A DNA stretch of 64,000 bases, taken from contig OZ244561.1 in assembly GCA_965217585.1 (NCBI GenBank), positions 2,080,001-2,144,000 of the forward strand. Reading direction: 5' to 3'. The position numbers were made by a program, and so were the translations under genes. Positions 37,720-46,720 of the stretch are shown piece by piece (position 1 is the first letter of the stretch; each line of letters opens with the position of its first letter). The notes beneath the pieces are model-generated. The model was not told the origin of the DNA and made no database searches. It saw only the letters and a program-made list of their open reading frames with translations. Origin of the DNA: Candidatus Latescibacterota bacterium. Its GTDB lineage: Bacteria > Latescibacterota > UBA2968 > UBA8231.

Positions 37720-38312
37720 GCGGTCCCTCCTTGGTAAATGGCGGTTGCGGCGACGACCATGTCCATGAGCACATCGTGCGGCTCGCCGGGAATGCAGTCT
37801 AGGACTAGCTCGTCGTAGCACAGCCCTATTTTGATGGTTTGCACTTGCGCTAAAAAGCGGTCGTAGTAGCCGCCGCCCCAGCCGATGCGATGCCCGCGCC
37901 GGTCGAAGGCAAGGCCCGGTACTACGACCAAGTCGATGCGAGCTTCTGAGGGCAGCCAAATGGCCGCGGCGGGATCGGGTTGTGCCAGTCCCCAAGGGCC
38001 GACGGCGAACTGGTCTAGGCTGTCGACCAGCGCGTGGGCCATCGTCCTCGTGCCCGGCATCACCACCGGCACAGCCACCCGCTTGCCCTGCGCTAGGCAA
38101 GTGCCGATCAACGCGCGAGTATCGACCTCGTTTTCCTTGCTGGAGACATAGGTATGGACGAGCTTGGCCCGGCGGTACGCCTCTAGGCCCAAGACCTTCT
38201 CTAGTATGGCCTGCCCGCCGCCCTCTACTTGGCCGCGATCCAAACCCATGCGCGCAGCTAAGACGCGCTTCCTGAGCCGTTCTTTGCGGGCGCGCGTCGC
38301 CTCATTCTTCAT
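37716..38312 (-). CDS. ygfA: 5-formyltetrahydrofolate cyclo-ligase
   Basis: KERLRK, NEVDT and DLVVVPGLAFDRRGHRIGWGGGYYDRFL..EPHD. Confidence 0.95.
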   Translation of the reverse strand: MKNEATRARKERLRKRVLAARMGLDRGQVEGGGQAILEKVLGLEAYRRAKLVHTYVSSKENEVDTRALIGTCLAQGKRVAVPVVMPGTRTMAHALVDSLDQFAVGPWGLAQPDPAAAIWLPSEARIDLVVVPGLAFDRRGHRIGWGGGYYDRFLAQVQTIKIGLCYDELVLDCIPGEPHDVLMDMVVAATAIYQGGTA

Positions 38313-38319
38313 AAATTAC

Positions 38320-38348
38320 ATAATACTGGCCCCTAGAAAGGGCGTCAA
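38320..38348 (-). promoter_or_regulatory. Sigma70 promoter for the ygfA operon, probably leaderless
   Basis: Minus strand TTGACG-N17-TATTAT-N7-ATG with no SD. Confidence 0.7.
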
Positions 38349-38371
38349 GCGCATCTGGCACCTAGGCTTGC

Positions 38372-38400
38372 TTGACGAATATGAGCCTTTCCCCTAGATT
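38372..38400 (+). promoter_or_regulatory. Sigma70 promoter for the uppS operon
   Basis: TTGACG-N17-TAGATT. Confidence 0.65.
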
Positions 38401-38507
38401 GACCAAGATGGGCGCGGCCTTGTTTTCTTAAGGCGGGACGCGCCCGAATTTATGACAGTGGCCGTGGATGGCGCCACAGAAACCCACCGAAGCATCCTTA
38501 TTACGCT

Positions 38508-39314
38508 ATGAGTGCTCAGGCTCTGCCGCTGGAAATTTCTCCGCGAGAATACCACCCAGTAAAACCCCTCAATCCCGAAGAGGACTTCCGCATCCAGCAG
38601 TGCCTCAAGGACGAGGGGAACCTGCCTCAACACATCGCCATTATAATGGATGGCGATAGGCGCTGGGCGGTCGAGCGCAATCTGCCCAAGACCGAAGGGC
38701 ATCGCTTTGGCCGCGAGTCTGTGCGCGACATTGTCCGCGCCTGCGGCCAACTCCAAATCGAGGCTTTGACCCTGTACACCTTCTCGACGGAGAACTGGTC
38801 CCGGCCCGAAGCGGAAGTAGAAGAGCTGATGCAGTGGCTGCACGAAGCACTGCGCGACGAAGTGTCGGAACTCCACGAAAATAACGTATCTCTCAACGCC
38901 ATAGGCCGCACCGACGAGTTGTCTCCAATCATACAATTGGCCCTAGAGCACGCGCTCGCTCAGACCAAAGACAACACCGGTCTCAAGCTCAACTTGGCAC
39001 TCAACTACGGGGGCCGCAGCGAGCTAGTCGACGCCTTCCGCAAGCTGGCCGCCGCAGTGGCGGCTGGCCGGCTCAACCCAGAAGACATCGACGAGGAACA
39101 AATCAGCGGAGCCCTCTATACAGCCGACTTGCCCGACCCGGATTTGTTAATCCGCACCAGTGGCGAAATGCGACTGAGCAACTTCCTCCCTTGGCAGATG
39201 GTCTATACTGAAATTTGCTTTGTCGGCGATGTGCATTGGCCGGATTTTCGCCGCCAGCACCTCTACGAAGCCATTGCCGCCTATCAACAACGGCAGAGGC
39301 GCTTTGGCGGCTGA
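38508..39314 (+). CDS. uppS: Undecaprenyl diphosphate synthase (cis-prenyltransferase)
   Basis: PQHIAIIMDGDRRWA, GH, FSTENWSRP, NYGGR, DLLIRTSGEMRLSNF and RRFGG. Confidence 0.95.
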   Translation: MSAQALPLEISPREYHPVKPLNPEEDFRIQQCLKDEGNLPQHIAIIMDGDRRWAVERNLPKTEGHRFGRESVRDIVRACGQLQIEALTLYTFSTENWSRPEAEVEELMQWLHEALRDEVSELHENNVSLNAIGRTDELSPIIQLALEHALAQTKDNTGLKLNLALNYGGRSELVDAFRKLAAAVAAGRLNPEDIDEEQISGALYTADLPDPDLLIRTSGEMRLSNFLPWQMVYTEICFVGDVHWPDFRRQHLYEAIAAYQQRQRRFGG

Positions 39315-40140
39315 CACCGCGGCAGAGGCCTCCGGCCTGCGACAGCGCGTCCTCGCGGCTGCCGTCTTCGTGCCGGTGATTCTACTGCTGGTCGAAGGGG
39401 CTAGCTGGGCGCTCTTCCTCTTGGTGCTGGCCGTGGCCGCGCGCTGCTCGTGGGAATATCATCACATCCTAGAGGAGGCAGGCTACCAACCCATTCGCCT
39501 GCCGGGCACCTTGCTGGTCTTGGGTCTGTGCAGTTACTTCTGGCGACAGGGCACGGGCGATGACCTCGCTGCGTTGCTGATGGCGGCCATCTTACTGGTT
39601 GTGGTGTGGGCCTTGTTCCAAGGCACGGAGCGCTATGCGGCCAACGCCTTTCTGACGTTGGGCGGCGTGTTGTTCTTCGGCGTCTTAGGCAGTGCGCCGC
39701 TTTTGCTTTTTCAGGCGGCTGGTAAGGGAGAGGAGGCGCACCACTTGGTGGCCGTGCTCTTTCTCTGCATCTGGCTCACGGATTCCGGGGCGTACTTTAG
39801 CGGTCGGTTTTGGGGCCGGGCCAAGCTGGCACCGGCGATCAGCCCTAACAAGACGAGGGTCGGATGCATCGGCGGCGTAGTCGGCAGCACCCTTCCCATG
39901 CCCTTGGGCTTGCTGCTGCCCTCCTTTTCTACGGCGTCGCTGCTGGGGCTTTTGCTCGTCGCGGGCATCGGTGCGCAGGTAGGCGATTTGGTGGAGTCGG
40001 CCTTTAAGCGCGACATGGGCATCAAGGACGCGCCGATGCTAATCCCAGGCCACGGCGGCCTGCTCGACCGCTTTGACTCCTATTTTTTGGCCTTTCCGCT
40101 GGCGTATCTCTATGTGGATATGCTGGCCGTTTTTTCTTGA
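39304..40140 (+). CDS. cdsA: Phosphatidate cytidylyltransferase
   Basis: DSGAYFSG, ISPNKT and GDLVESAFKRDMGIKD..IPGHGGLLDRFDS. Confidence 0.95.
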   Translation: MAADTAAEASGLRQRVLAAAVFVPVILLLVEGASWALFLLVLAVAARCSWEYHHILEEAGYQPIRLPGTLLVLGLCSYFWRQGTGDDLAALLMAAILLVVVWALFQGTERYAANAFLTLGGVLFFGVLGSAPLLLFQAAGKGEEAHHLVAVLFLCIWLTDSGAYFSGRFWGRAKLAPAISPNKTRVGCIGGVVGSTLPMPLGLLLPSFSTASLLGLLLVAGIGAQVGDLVESAFKRDMGIKDAPMLIPGHGGLLDRFDSYFLAFPLAYLYVDMLAVFS

Positions 40141-40153
40141 GACGGATTAGAGT

Positions 40154-41464
40154 ATGCTCGATACCCTCACTACGATTGGCTCGTTTCTCCTCGCCCTAGG
40201 CGTCTTGGTCTTCGTCCACGAACTGGGTCACTTTTTGGTCGCCAAATGGGCGGGCATCCGCGTCGAGCGCTTTTCGTTGGGCTATCCGCCCAAAATGATC
40301 GGCTTTACCCGCGGCGAAACCGAGTACTGTATTTCTTGGATCCCTTTTGGCGGTTACGTCAAGGTAGCTGGTATGGCCGATGTGGGCAGCGAGGAAACCA
40401 CCGGCGCGCACTGGGAATTTCCCTCTAGGTCGGTGGGAATCCGCATGGCGGTCATTGCCGCCGGCCCGGCGATGAACTTCCTCTTCGCCTTCGTGGCCCT
40501 GATCTTCCTCTTTAGCGTTTACGGGATCGACTCCTTCGATAGTACCCGCGTCAGTCCCCAAGAGAATTCCCTCGCCGCCGAGGTCGGTCTGGTGCGCGGC
40601 GATCGCGTGCGCACCGTAGGAGGCACGCCCGTCGGCAATGCCTACGAGCTGGCCAGCGCCTTGGACGAGATCGAAAGCCGCGGTGCTACGCTCGAAATCG
40701 AACGCGACGGCATCCTCTTGAACTTCGACCTGCCGCCCGCCGGAAACGAGGGCTACGGCGTACAGCTAATGCGCCCCACGACGGTGGGACAGGTCGTGCC
40801 AGGGATGCCGGCCGATAGCCTCGGCCTGCAAGCGGGCGACATCATCCTCGCCGTCGGCCAAGCTCCGGTTGTGAGTTGGGCCGAGATGAGCGAGGAAATC
40901 CGCCGCTATCCGGGCGAGACGATTCCGTTGGTTTGGGAACGCGACGGCCAGCGCATGGAGCAGCTCATTACCCCAGCGGCCCGCGCCGAGGGCGACGCGT
41001 TCGTGGGTCGCATTGGCATCGGCCCGCAGGCCTCGCGCCACACCGTCGGGTTGGGCCGAGCGGTGGTGCTGGGGGGGCTGGGAGTGTACAATGCCTCTTG
41101 GCTGATCCTCGACTTTTTGGGCGAGCTTTTCCAAGGCGACCGCTCGACCGACGAATTGGGCGGCCCGTTGCGCATTGCCCAGCTAGCCGGACAGACCGCC
41201 GAGCAGGGCTTGCACTCCTTCGTCCGCTTTCTCGCCATACTCAGCGTCAACTTGGCGATTATCAACCTCCTGCCCATCCCCGTGCTCGACGGCGGCCATC
41301 TGACCTTCCTCACGCTAGAGGGCATCATGCGCCGACCGCTTTCGTTGCGCCAGCGCGAGGTCTTTCAGCAGATCGGCTTGGCCATGATGCTGTTAATCAT
41401 GGTGCTGGTCACGTTCAACGACCTCAATCAGATGGTCTTCCGCCGCATCGCGGAGATGTTCTAA
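40154..41464 (+). CDS. rseP: RIP metalloprotease RseP with PDZ domains
   Basis: HELGH, IPFGGYVK, AGPAMN, two PDZ-like units and NLLPIPVLDGG. Confidence 0.95.
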   Translation: MLDTLTTIGSFLLALGVLVFVHELGHFLVAKWAGIRVERFSLGYPPKMIGFTRGETEYCISWIPFGGYVKVAGMADVGSEETTGAHWEFPSRSVGIRMAVIAAGPAMNFLFAFVALIFLFSVYGIDSFDSTRVSPQENSLAAEVGLVRGDRVRTVGGTPVGNAYELASALDEIESRGATLEIERDGILLNFDLPPAGNEGYGVQLMRPTTVGQVVPGMPADSLGLQAGDIILAVGQAPVVSWAEMSEEIRRYPGETIPLVWERDGQRMEQLITPAARAEGDAFVGRIGIGPQASRHTVGLGRAVVLGGLGVYNASWLILDFLGELFQGDRSTDELGGPLRIAQLAGQTAEQGLHSFVRFLAILSVNLAIINLLPIPVLDGGHLTFLTLEGIMRRPLSLRQREVFQQIGLAMMLLIMVLVTFNDLNQMVFRRIAEMF

Positions 41465-41485
41465 CAGCCGCTTGCGCGGCCCGGC

Positions 41486-42598
41486 ATGTCGCTGACCGAA
41501 CAAATTCGCCACAAGGCCCGTGCCTTAGGCTTTACTTCGGTCGGTTTCGCCCCGGCCGACCCATTAAAAGGGGCCGAGTTTTACGCCCGCTGGGTGGCCT
41601 TGGGCTACGCCGGTCAGATGGACTACCTCAAACGCCACCTCGACAAGCGCGAGGACCCGTGCCAGATGGTCCCCGGTGCTCAGACCGCCATCTGCCTCGG
41701 CATGGATTACTACCAACCCACGCCTGCGGCACCTGATCCCCTGCACGGCCGGATCGCTTGTTACGCCCGCGGCGACGACTATCACGACATTGTCAAAAAG
41801 CGCTTGGCGGCACTGTGGGAATTCGTGCTAGCCGAGGCTGGAGGGGAGACAAAAGGCCGCTATTTTGTGGATACGGCCCCAGTCTTAGAGCGCGAACTCG
41901 CCCAGCGGGCGGGCTTGGGCTGGTGGGGTAAGAACACCTGCCTGATCGACAAGCGCCGCGGCTCTTACTTCTTCTTAGCCGAAATCATCACCGACCTCGA
42001 ACTCGACTACGACGAACCCGCCCCAGACCACTGCGGCACCTGCACGCGCTGCTTGGACGCCTGCCCCACCGACGCCTTCCCCGAGCCGTACGTGCTCGAC
42101 GCTCGGCGCTGTATCTCCTACCTCAACATCGAGCTCAAGGGACCGATTCCCCGCGACCTGCGCCAAGGCATGGGCCAATGGATCTTTGGCTGCGACATCT
42201 GTCAAGATGTGTGCCCGTGGAACCGCAAGACCGAGTCGGCTCCAGAGTCGGCGTACAAGAGCCGAGTCGGCCTCGACAGCCCATCGCTCCTCGACCTGAT
42301 CCAACTCGACCGCGAAGCCTTCAACGCACTATTCCGCCGCAATCCGGTCAAGCGCCCTAAGCGCCGTGGCTTTTTGCGCAACGTCGCCGTGGCTTTGGGC
42401 AATTCGGGTATGCAGGCCGCGGTGCCGGCCTTGATCAGCGCACTCGACGACGAAGAGCCGCTAGTGCGCGGCCACGTAGCTTGGGCTTTGGGTCAACTCG
42501 GGGGCGATGCGGCAAAAGGGGCGCTCGAACGGCGCTTGAGAATAGAAGAAGATGCGGAAGTACGGGGGGAACTAAAAGACGCGCTGGCCGCGCAGTAA
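41486..42598 (+). CDS. queG: tRNA epoxyqueuosine(34) reductase with C-terminal HEAT repeats
   Basis: YARGDDYH, VDTAPVLER, GKN, CGTCTRCLDACPT and GCDICQDVCPWN. Confidence 0.95.
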   Translation: MSLTEQIRHKARALGFTSVGFAPADPLKGAEFYARWVALGYAGQMDYLKRHLDKREDPCQMVPGAQTAICLGMDYYQPTPAAPDPLHGRIACYARGDDYHDIVKKRLAALWEFVLAEAGGETKGRYFVDTAPVLERELAQRAGLGWWGKNTCLIDKRRGSYFFLAEIITDLELDYDEPAPDHCGTCTRCLDACPTDAFPEPYVLDARRCISYLNIELKGPIPRDLRQGMGQWIFGCDICQDVCPWNRKTESAPESAYKSRVGLDSPSLLDLIQLDREAFNALFRRNPVKRPKRRGFLRNVAVALGNSGMQAAVPALISALDDEEPLVRGHVAWALGQLGGDAAKGALERRLRIEEDAEVRGELKDALAAQ

Positions 42599-42602
42599 CC
42601 CC

Positions 42603-43526
42603 TCACTCGGCGAACAACGCGCGGGCGAATGCCGCCCCGTCAAACGGCTGCAAATCATCCACCCCCTCGCCCACCCCAATCAGCTTCACGGGCAGATCCA
42701 TCTGACGCCGTAGCGCGACGACGATCCCGCCCTTAGCCGTCCCGTCCAGCTTGGTCAGCACGAGCCCGGTCAACTCGGTGGCTTGGTTGAACGCGGTCGC
42801 CTGCGACAGGGCATTCTGGCCGCTGGTCCCGTCGAGTACCAGCAGGGTTTCGTGCGGGGCTGTTGGGTCTTGCTTGGCCAGCGAGCGGCGGATCTTTTTG
42901 AGTTCCTCCATCAAGTTGACCTTGTTGTGCAAGCGGCCAGCCGTGTCCACTAGCAGCACGTCGGCCCCGCGCGACTTGGCCGCGGCGAGCGCATCGAAGG
43001 CCACGGCCGCTGGGTCAGCTCCTTGCTGCGTGCGTATCAGGTCGGCTCCGGCGCGCTCTGCCCAGATGGCAAGCTGGGGGATCGCTGCGGCCCGGAACGT
43101 GTCGCCGGCAGCGATTACCACCTTCTTGCCGGCATCGGCGTATTGCTTGGCCAGCTTGCCGACCGTGGTCGTCTTGCCGGTGCCGTTGACGCCGACGATC
43201 AGCACGACAAACGGCTTGCCCGGTAGCTCGCCGGCTAGGGGCAAGGCCGCGCCGTTGTCGAGGGTCATTATCGCGGCTACTTGCTCTTCTAGCACCTGCA
43301 TCACCCCGTCCGGCCCGTCCGCCATTTGCCCGCGCCCGAGTCGCTCGCGCAGCTCATCGACGAGTTCGGTGGCGGTCTCCAGCCCCATATCAGCGCCGAT
43401 TAGCGCGGCCTCGATATCGTCGATGGCGTCGTCGTCCAAGCGGGGATTGCCAGCGATAACATCGGTCATCGCCTGCCGCGTCTGCGCCAATCCCTGCTTT
43501 ACTTTGTCGAAAAATTTGCCCAGCAT
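42603..43526 (-). CDS. ftsY: SRP receptor FtsY (short form, no acidic domain)
   Basis: [32 protein letters not shown] and GVGE..DLQPF. Confidence 0.97.
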   Translation of the reverse strand: MLGKFFDKVKQGLAQTRQAMTDVIAGNPRLDDDAIDDIEAALIGADMGLETATELVDELRERLGRGQMADGPDGVMQVLEEQVAAIMTLDNGAALPLAGELPGKPFVVLIVGVNGTGKTTTVGKLAKQYADAGKKVVIAAGDTFRAAAIPQLAIWAERAGADLIRTQQGADPAAVAFDALAAAKSRGADVLLVDTAGRLHNKVNLMEELKKIRRSLAKQDPTAPHETLLVLDGTSGQNALSQATAFNQATELTGLVLTKLDGTAKGGIVVALRRQMDLPVKLIGVGEGVDDLQPFDGAAFARALFAE

Positions 43527-43745
43527 AAACGGTTGTCTTTCGGTTTATCGCGCCGCAAGACGCAGAATTGACTCAAAAACTCACTATTTTTGGCATAAGG
43601 TTTAAAAGCTGTCTGAAAACCCCCGACGGACCGTGTTGAGCAGTGGTCAAATCCCGACGGAGCGTTTTCGTTTTTTGGAGTTCCTGAGCTTTTATATTTT
43701 TATACACACGTTTTATCTTCTTTGACTCTTCCGAGAATAAAAATA

Positions 43746-43808
43746 TAACTCATTTCGACTACGGGATTGTATCGACTACGGGATTGTAACTCATTTCGAC
43801 TACGGGAT
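43746..43808. repeat. Three direct repeats of TCGACTACGGGAT
   Basis: Cores at 43755, 43772 and 43796; copies 1 and 3 share the 5' extension TAACTCATT, copies 1 and 2 share the 3' extension TGTA. Confidence 0.9.
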
Positions 43809-43836
43809 CGCCACGGTCCGAAATAATTACACAATA

Positions 43837-43878
43837 TATAGTATGTAGCTAGTATATTATAGTATGTAGCTAGTATAT
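43837..43878. repeat. Perfect tandem duplication of a 21-mer
   Basis: TATAGTATGTAGCTAGTATAT at 43837-43857 and 43858-43878. Confidence 0.92.
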
Positions 43879-43888
43879 AGCTCAATAT

Positions 43889-43933
43889 TGAGAATAATTA
43901 TGTATTGACCGAAGCTAAATCATTATATAACAT
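43889..43933 (+). promoter_or_regulatory. Fur-box-like site next to a sigma70 promoter for the TonB receptor
   Basis: TGAGAAT-A-ATTATGT (43889-43903) matches 11/14 of TGATAAT-N-ATTATCA; TTGACC-N17-TAACAT at 43905-43933. Confidence 0.5.
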
Positions 43934-43998
43934 AAGTGTCGTCTCAAGTAAGTTAAAATAATATACCATCTACCCTTCTCCTGAAGGAGGAAAATTCG

Positions 43999-46620
43999 AT
44001 GAAAGAGTGCTTATCTGCTTTCGCATTAGTCTTTGGCCTTTCGGCTCTGCTCTCTGTGAGCTTGGTCTCTGACGCCGTGGCCCAAGACTCAATGGAAGAG
44101 GAAGAGACCGCCGCAGAAGAAATGGCCGCCGCAGAAGAGGAAATGCTCGAAGGTGTGGTGGAGATTGAAGAGCTGGTGGTGACCGGTTCGCGGGCGCAGT
44201 CGCGCACCGTAACCGACTCACCCGTGCCCATTGACGTCATCGGCAGAGAAGAATTTGCCAAGCAAGGAGGGGTGGATCTAGCAGATCTTCTGCGGAATAT
44301 CGTGCCCTCGTACAACGTCAATACCCAGCCTATCAGCGATGCAGGCACGGTCGTCCGACCGCCCAACATGCGGGGGCTGGCCCCCGACCACGCGCTGGTC
44401 TTGATCAACGGCAAGCGCCGCCATCGCGCTGCGGTGATTCACTGGTTGGGCAATGGGGTCGCCGATGGCGCGCAGGGTCCCGATTTGGCACCCATCCCGG
44501 CGATCGCGCTCAAGCGAGTGGAAGTTCTCCGCGACGGCGCGTCGGCCCAGTACGGCTCGGACGCCATTGCCGGCGTGTTGAACTTCCGCCTCAAGGATCG
44601 TTCCGAAGGGCTTTCGGTCGAGACCAAAGTCGGCAGCTTCCAAGACGGCGAAGGCATCCTCGGCGATGGCGAGTTGTTTTCTATCGCTGGCAATCTCGGC
44701 TTGGGCAACGAGAGTGCGTGGGCCAACCTCAGCTTGGAATACGGCAACGCGGGCGAAACCATCCGCTCGGTGCAGCGCAATGATGCCGCGGCCCTGCTCG
44801 CCGCGGGCAATACGAATGTGAACAATCCCGCCCAAATCTGGGGGCAGCCCTACATCAGAGACGATCTGAAGTTCTTCGCCAACTACGGTGCCAATCTTGG
44901 CGAGAACCTCGACTTCTACGGTCACGCCAACTACGCCAGCAAGGAGACGGAAGGCGGGTTCTATTTCCGCAATCCCCATACCCGCAGCGGCGTGTTTAAG
45001 GGGCCGTTGCTCGATCTAGATGACGATGGCGAGCCCGAGACTGGATCCCTGCTAGTGGGCGATTTGGACGGCGTGGGTCAGGGCAGTGAATGCGCCCCGG
45101 TACCCATAATCGACAACAAGCCGGACCAGGAGGCTTGGCTACAGGTCCGCGACGACCCCAATTGCTTCTCATTCCTGAAAATGTTTCCCGGTGGTTTCAC
45201 GCCCCGCTTCGGCGGCTTCACCACGGATGAATCCATTCTCTTGGGCCTGAAGGGATTTGCGGCCGAGACGTTGGGTTGGAGCGTGAGCGCGTCTTATGGC
45301 CGACACCACGCGGACTACTTTATCTTCAATACCGTGAATGCCTCAATGGGGCCTGATACGCCGACATTGTTCAACCCTGGAGACTACATCCAGACGGATG
45401 TCAACTTAAACCTCGACCTTACGTACCCGGTCAGCGACCAGTTGTTCTTGGCTGCGGGGCTCGAACGTCGAAACGAAGGATTCGAGATCGAGGAGGGACA
45501 GATCGAGTCCTACCTGATTGGTCAGCCGTTGGCCAGCCAAGGGTTTCAGCCTGCCACCAATGGTTTCTCGGGCTTTAGCAAGGTGGCCGCCGGCCGCTGG
45601 GATCGCACCAACACGGCCCTGTACGTGGAGGCGGATCTCGAGCCGATTGATCCGTTGCTGATTTCCGTGGCACTGCGCTCGGAGAATTTCGACGACTTTG
45701 GCAGCACAACCAACTACAAGGTAGCCTCCAATTTCGCCGTTACGGACGACCTGAAGCTGCGCGGTAGTTATAGCACCGGCTTTAGGGCACCGACGCCTGG
45801 CCAGCAAAATGCCTTCAACATAACGACCGAGTTCAACTTCGAGAAGAACGACTTGGTCAACAACGGCACCGTGCCTTCTACCAGCCGCGCAGTTGGGCTG
45901 GCCCTCGGTTTAGAGGGCGGTGGGCCGGCGCTCGATTCTGAAAAGTCGGTCAACCTCTCTGGGGGCGTCGTCGTCAAGATGGGTGCCGTTAGTGCGACGG
46001 TCGACTATTTCAACATCACGGTCGAGGACCGCCTGACGGTCTCGCAAGACTTCGCGTTGAACGATGAGCAGAAACAGCAGCTAATCAACGAGGGCCTAAC
46101 CAGCGCGGCCGGCTTGCAGGAGTTCCGCTTCTTCACCAATGACTTCGACTCCGCCACCAGCGGGATTGACCTCGTGGTGTCGGCACCGGTGGGTTCGGGG
46201 AGGCTGAGCCTCGCCTACAACTACACGAGCTCCGAAGTCACCGACTACAACCCAGACATTCTGGACGATCTCCGGCTCAGAGAATTGGAGGAGAATCTTC
46301 CCAAGCAGCGCGGGAATTTGACGCTGACCCAAGCTCTGAGCGAGCGTTGGAGTGGCCTAGGCCGCGCCAGCTACTTCGGCGAATGGTACGACTCTGAAGA
46401 CGATCAAGTCTATAGTGGCAAGGTGCTGTTTGACCTTGAAACCGGCATCTCGTTTGGTGATGATGCGTCTTCGATCGCCATTGGCGCACAGAATATTCTC
46501 AACACCTATCCTGACGAACATGAACTAGCCGCTGAGCGGACCGGCAACAGGTACAGCCAGTTCAGCCCATTTGGCTTTGGTGGCGCATTCTGGTACGTGA
46601 AATACAGCTACAGTCTCTAG
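43999..46620 (+). CDS. TonB-dependent outer-membrane receptor
   Basis: Signal peptide, EELVVTGSR TonB box, plug LVLINGKRRH..RVEVLRDGASAQYGSDAIAGVLN, LRGSYSTGFRAP and terminal YVKYSYSL strand. Confidence 0.95.
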   Translation: MKECLSAFALVFGLSALLSVSLVSDAVAQDSMEEEETAAEEMAAAEEEMLEGVVEIEELVVTGSRAQSRTVTDSPVPIDVIGREEFAKQGGVDLADLLRNIVPSYNVNTQPISDAGTVVRPPNMRGLAPDHALVLINGKRRHRAAVIHWLGNGVADGAQGPDLAPIPAIALKRVEVLRDGASAQYGSDAIAGVLNFRLKDRSEGLSVETKVGSFQDGEGILGDGELFSIAGNLGLGNESAWANLSLEYGNAGETIRSVQRNDAAALLAAGNTNVNNPAQIWGQPYIRDDLKFFANYGANLGENLDFYGHANYASKETEGGFYFRNPHTRSGVFKGPLLDLDDDGEPETGSLLVGDLDGVGQGSECAPVPIIDNKPDQEAWLQVRDDPNCFSFLKMFPGGFTPRFGGFTTDESILLGLKGFAAETLGWSVSASYGRHHADYFIFNTVNASMGPDTPTLFNPGDYIQTDVNLNLDLTYPVSDQLFLAAGLERRNEGFEIEEGQIESYLIGQPLASQGFQPATNGFSGFSKVAAGRWDRTNTALYVEADLEPIDPLLISVALRSENFDDFGSTTNYKVASNFAVTDDLKLRGSYSTGFRAPTPGQQNAFNITTEFNFEKNDLVNNGTVPSTSRAVGLALGLEGGGPALDSEKSVNLSGGVVVKMGAVSATVDYFNITVEDRLTVSQDFALNDEQKQQLINEGLTSAAGLQEFRFFTNDFDSATSGIDLVVSAPVGSGRLSLAYNYTSSEVTDYNPDILDDLRLRELEENLPKQRGNLTLTQALSERWSGLGRASYFGEWYDSEDDQVYSGKVLFDLETGISFGDDASSIAIGAQNILNTYPDEHELAAERTGNRYSQFSPFGFGGAFWYVKYSYSL

Positions 46621-46645
46621 GAACGCCGGACGGCAATCCTACGTT

Positions 46646-46689
46646 ATACAAAAGGCCGGGTACCTGTTTTGGTACTCGGCCTTTTGTAT
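46646..46689 (+). terminator. Intrinsic terminator, potentially bidirectional
   Basis: atacaaaaggccgggtacc / ggtactcggccttttgtat, a 19-bp stem with A and T tracts. Confidence 0.85.
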
Positions 46690-46720
46690 CTCATCCCTTT
46701 GCCTGCATTGGACGCAAGAT

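Noticed and set aside
38313-38507. 6S RNA upstream of ygfA
   Set aside because: The gap holds two divergent promoters, one 7 nt from the ATG, and I see no long 6S-like rod.
43746-43878. Possible mini-CRISPR array
   Set aside because: Repeats are only 13-22 bp, adjacent or 4-11 bp apart, with no unique 30-40 bp spacers and no cas genes.
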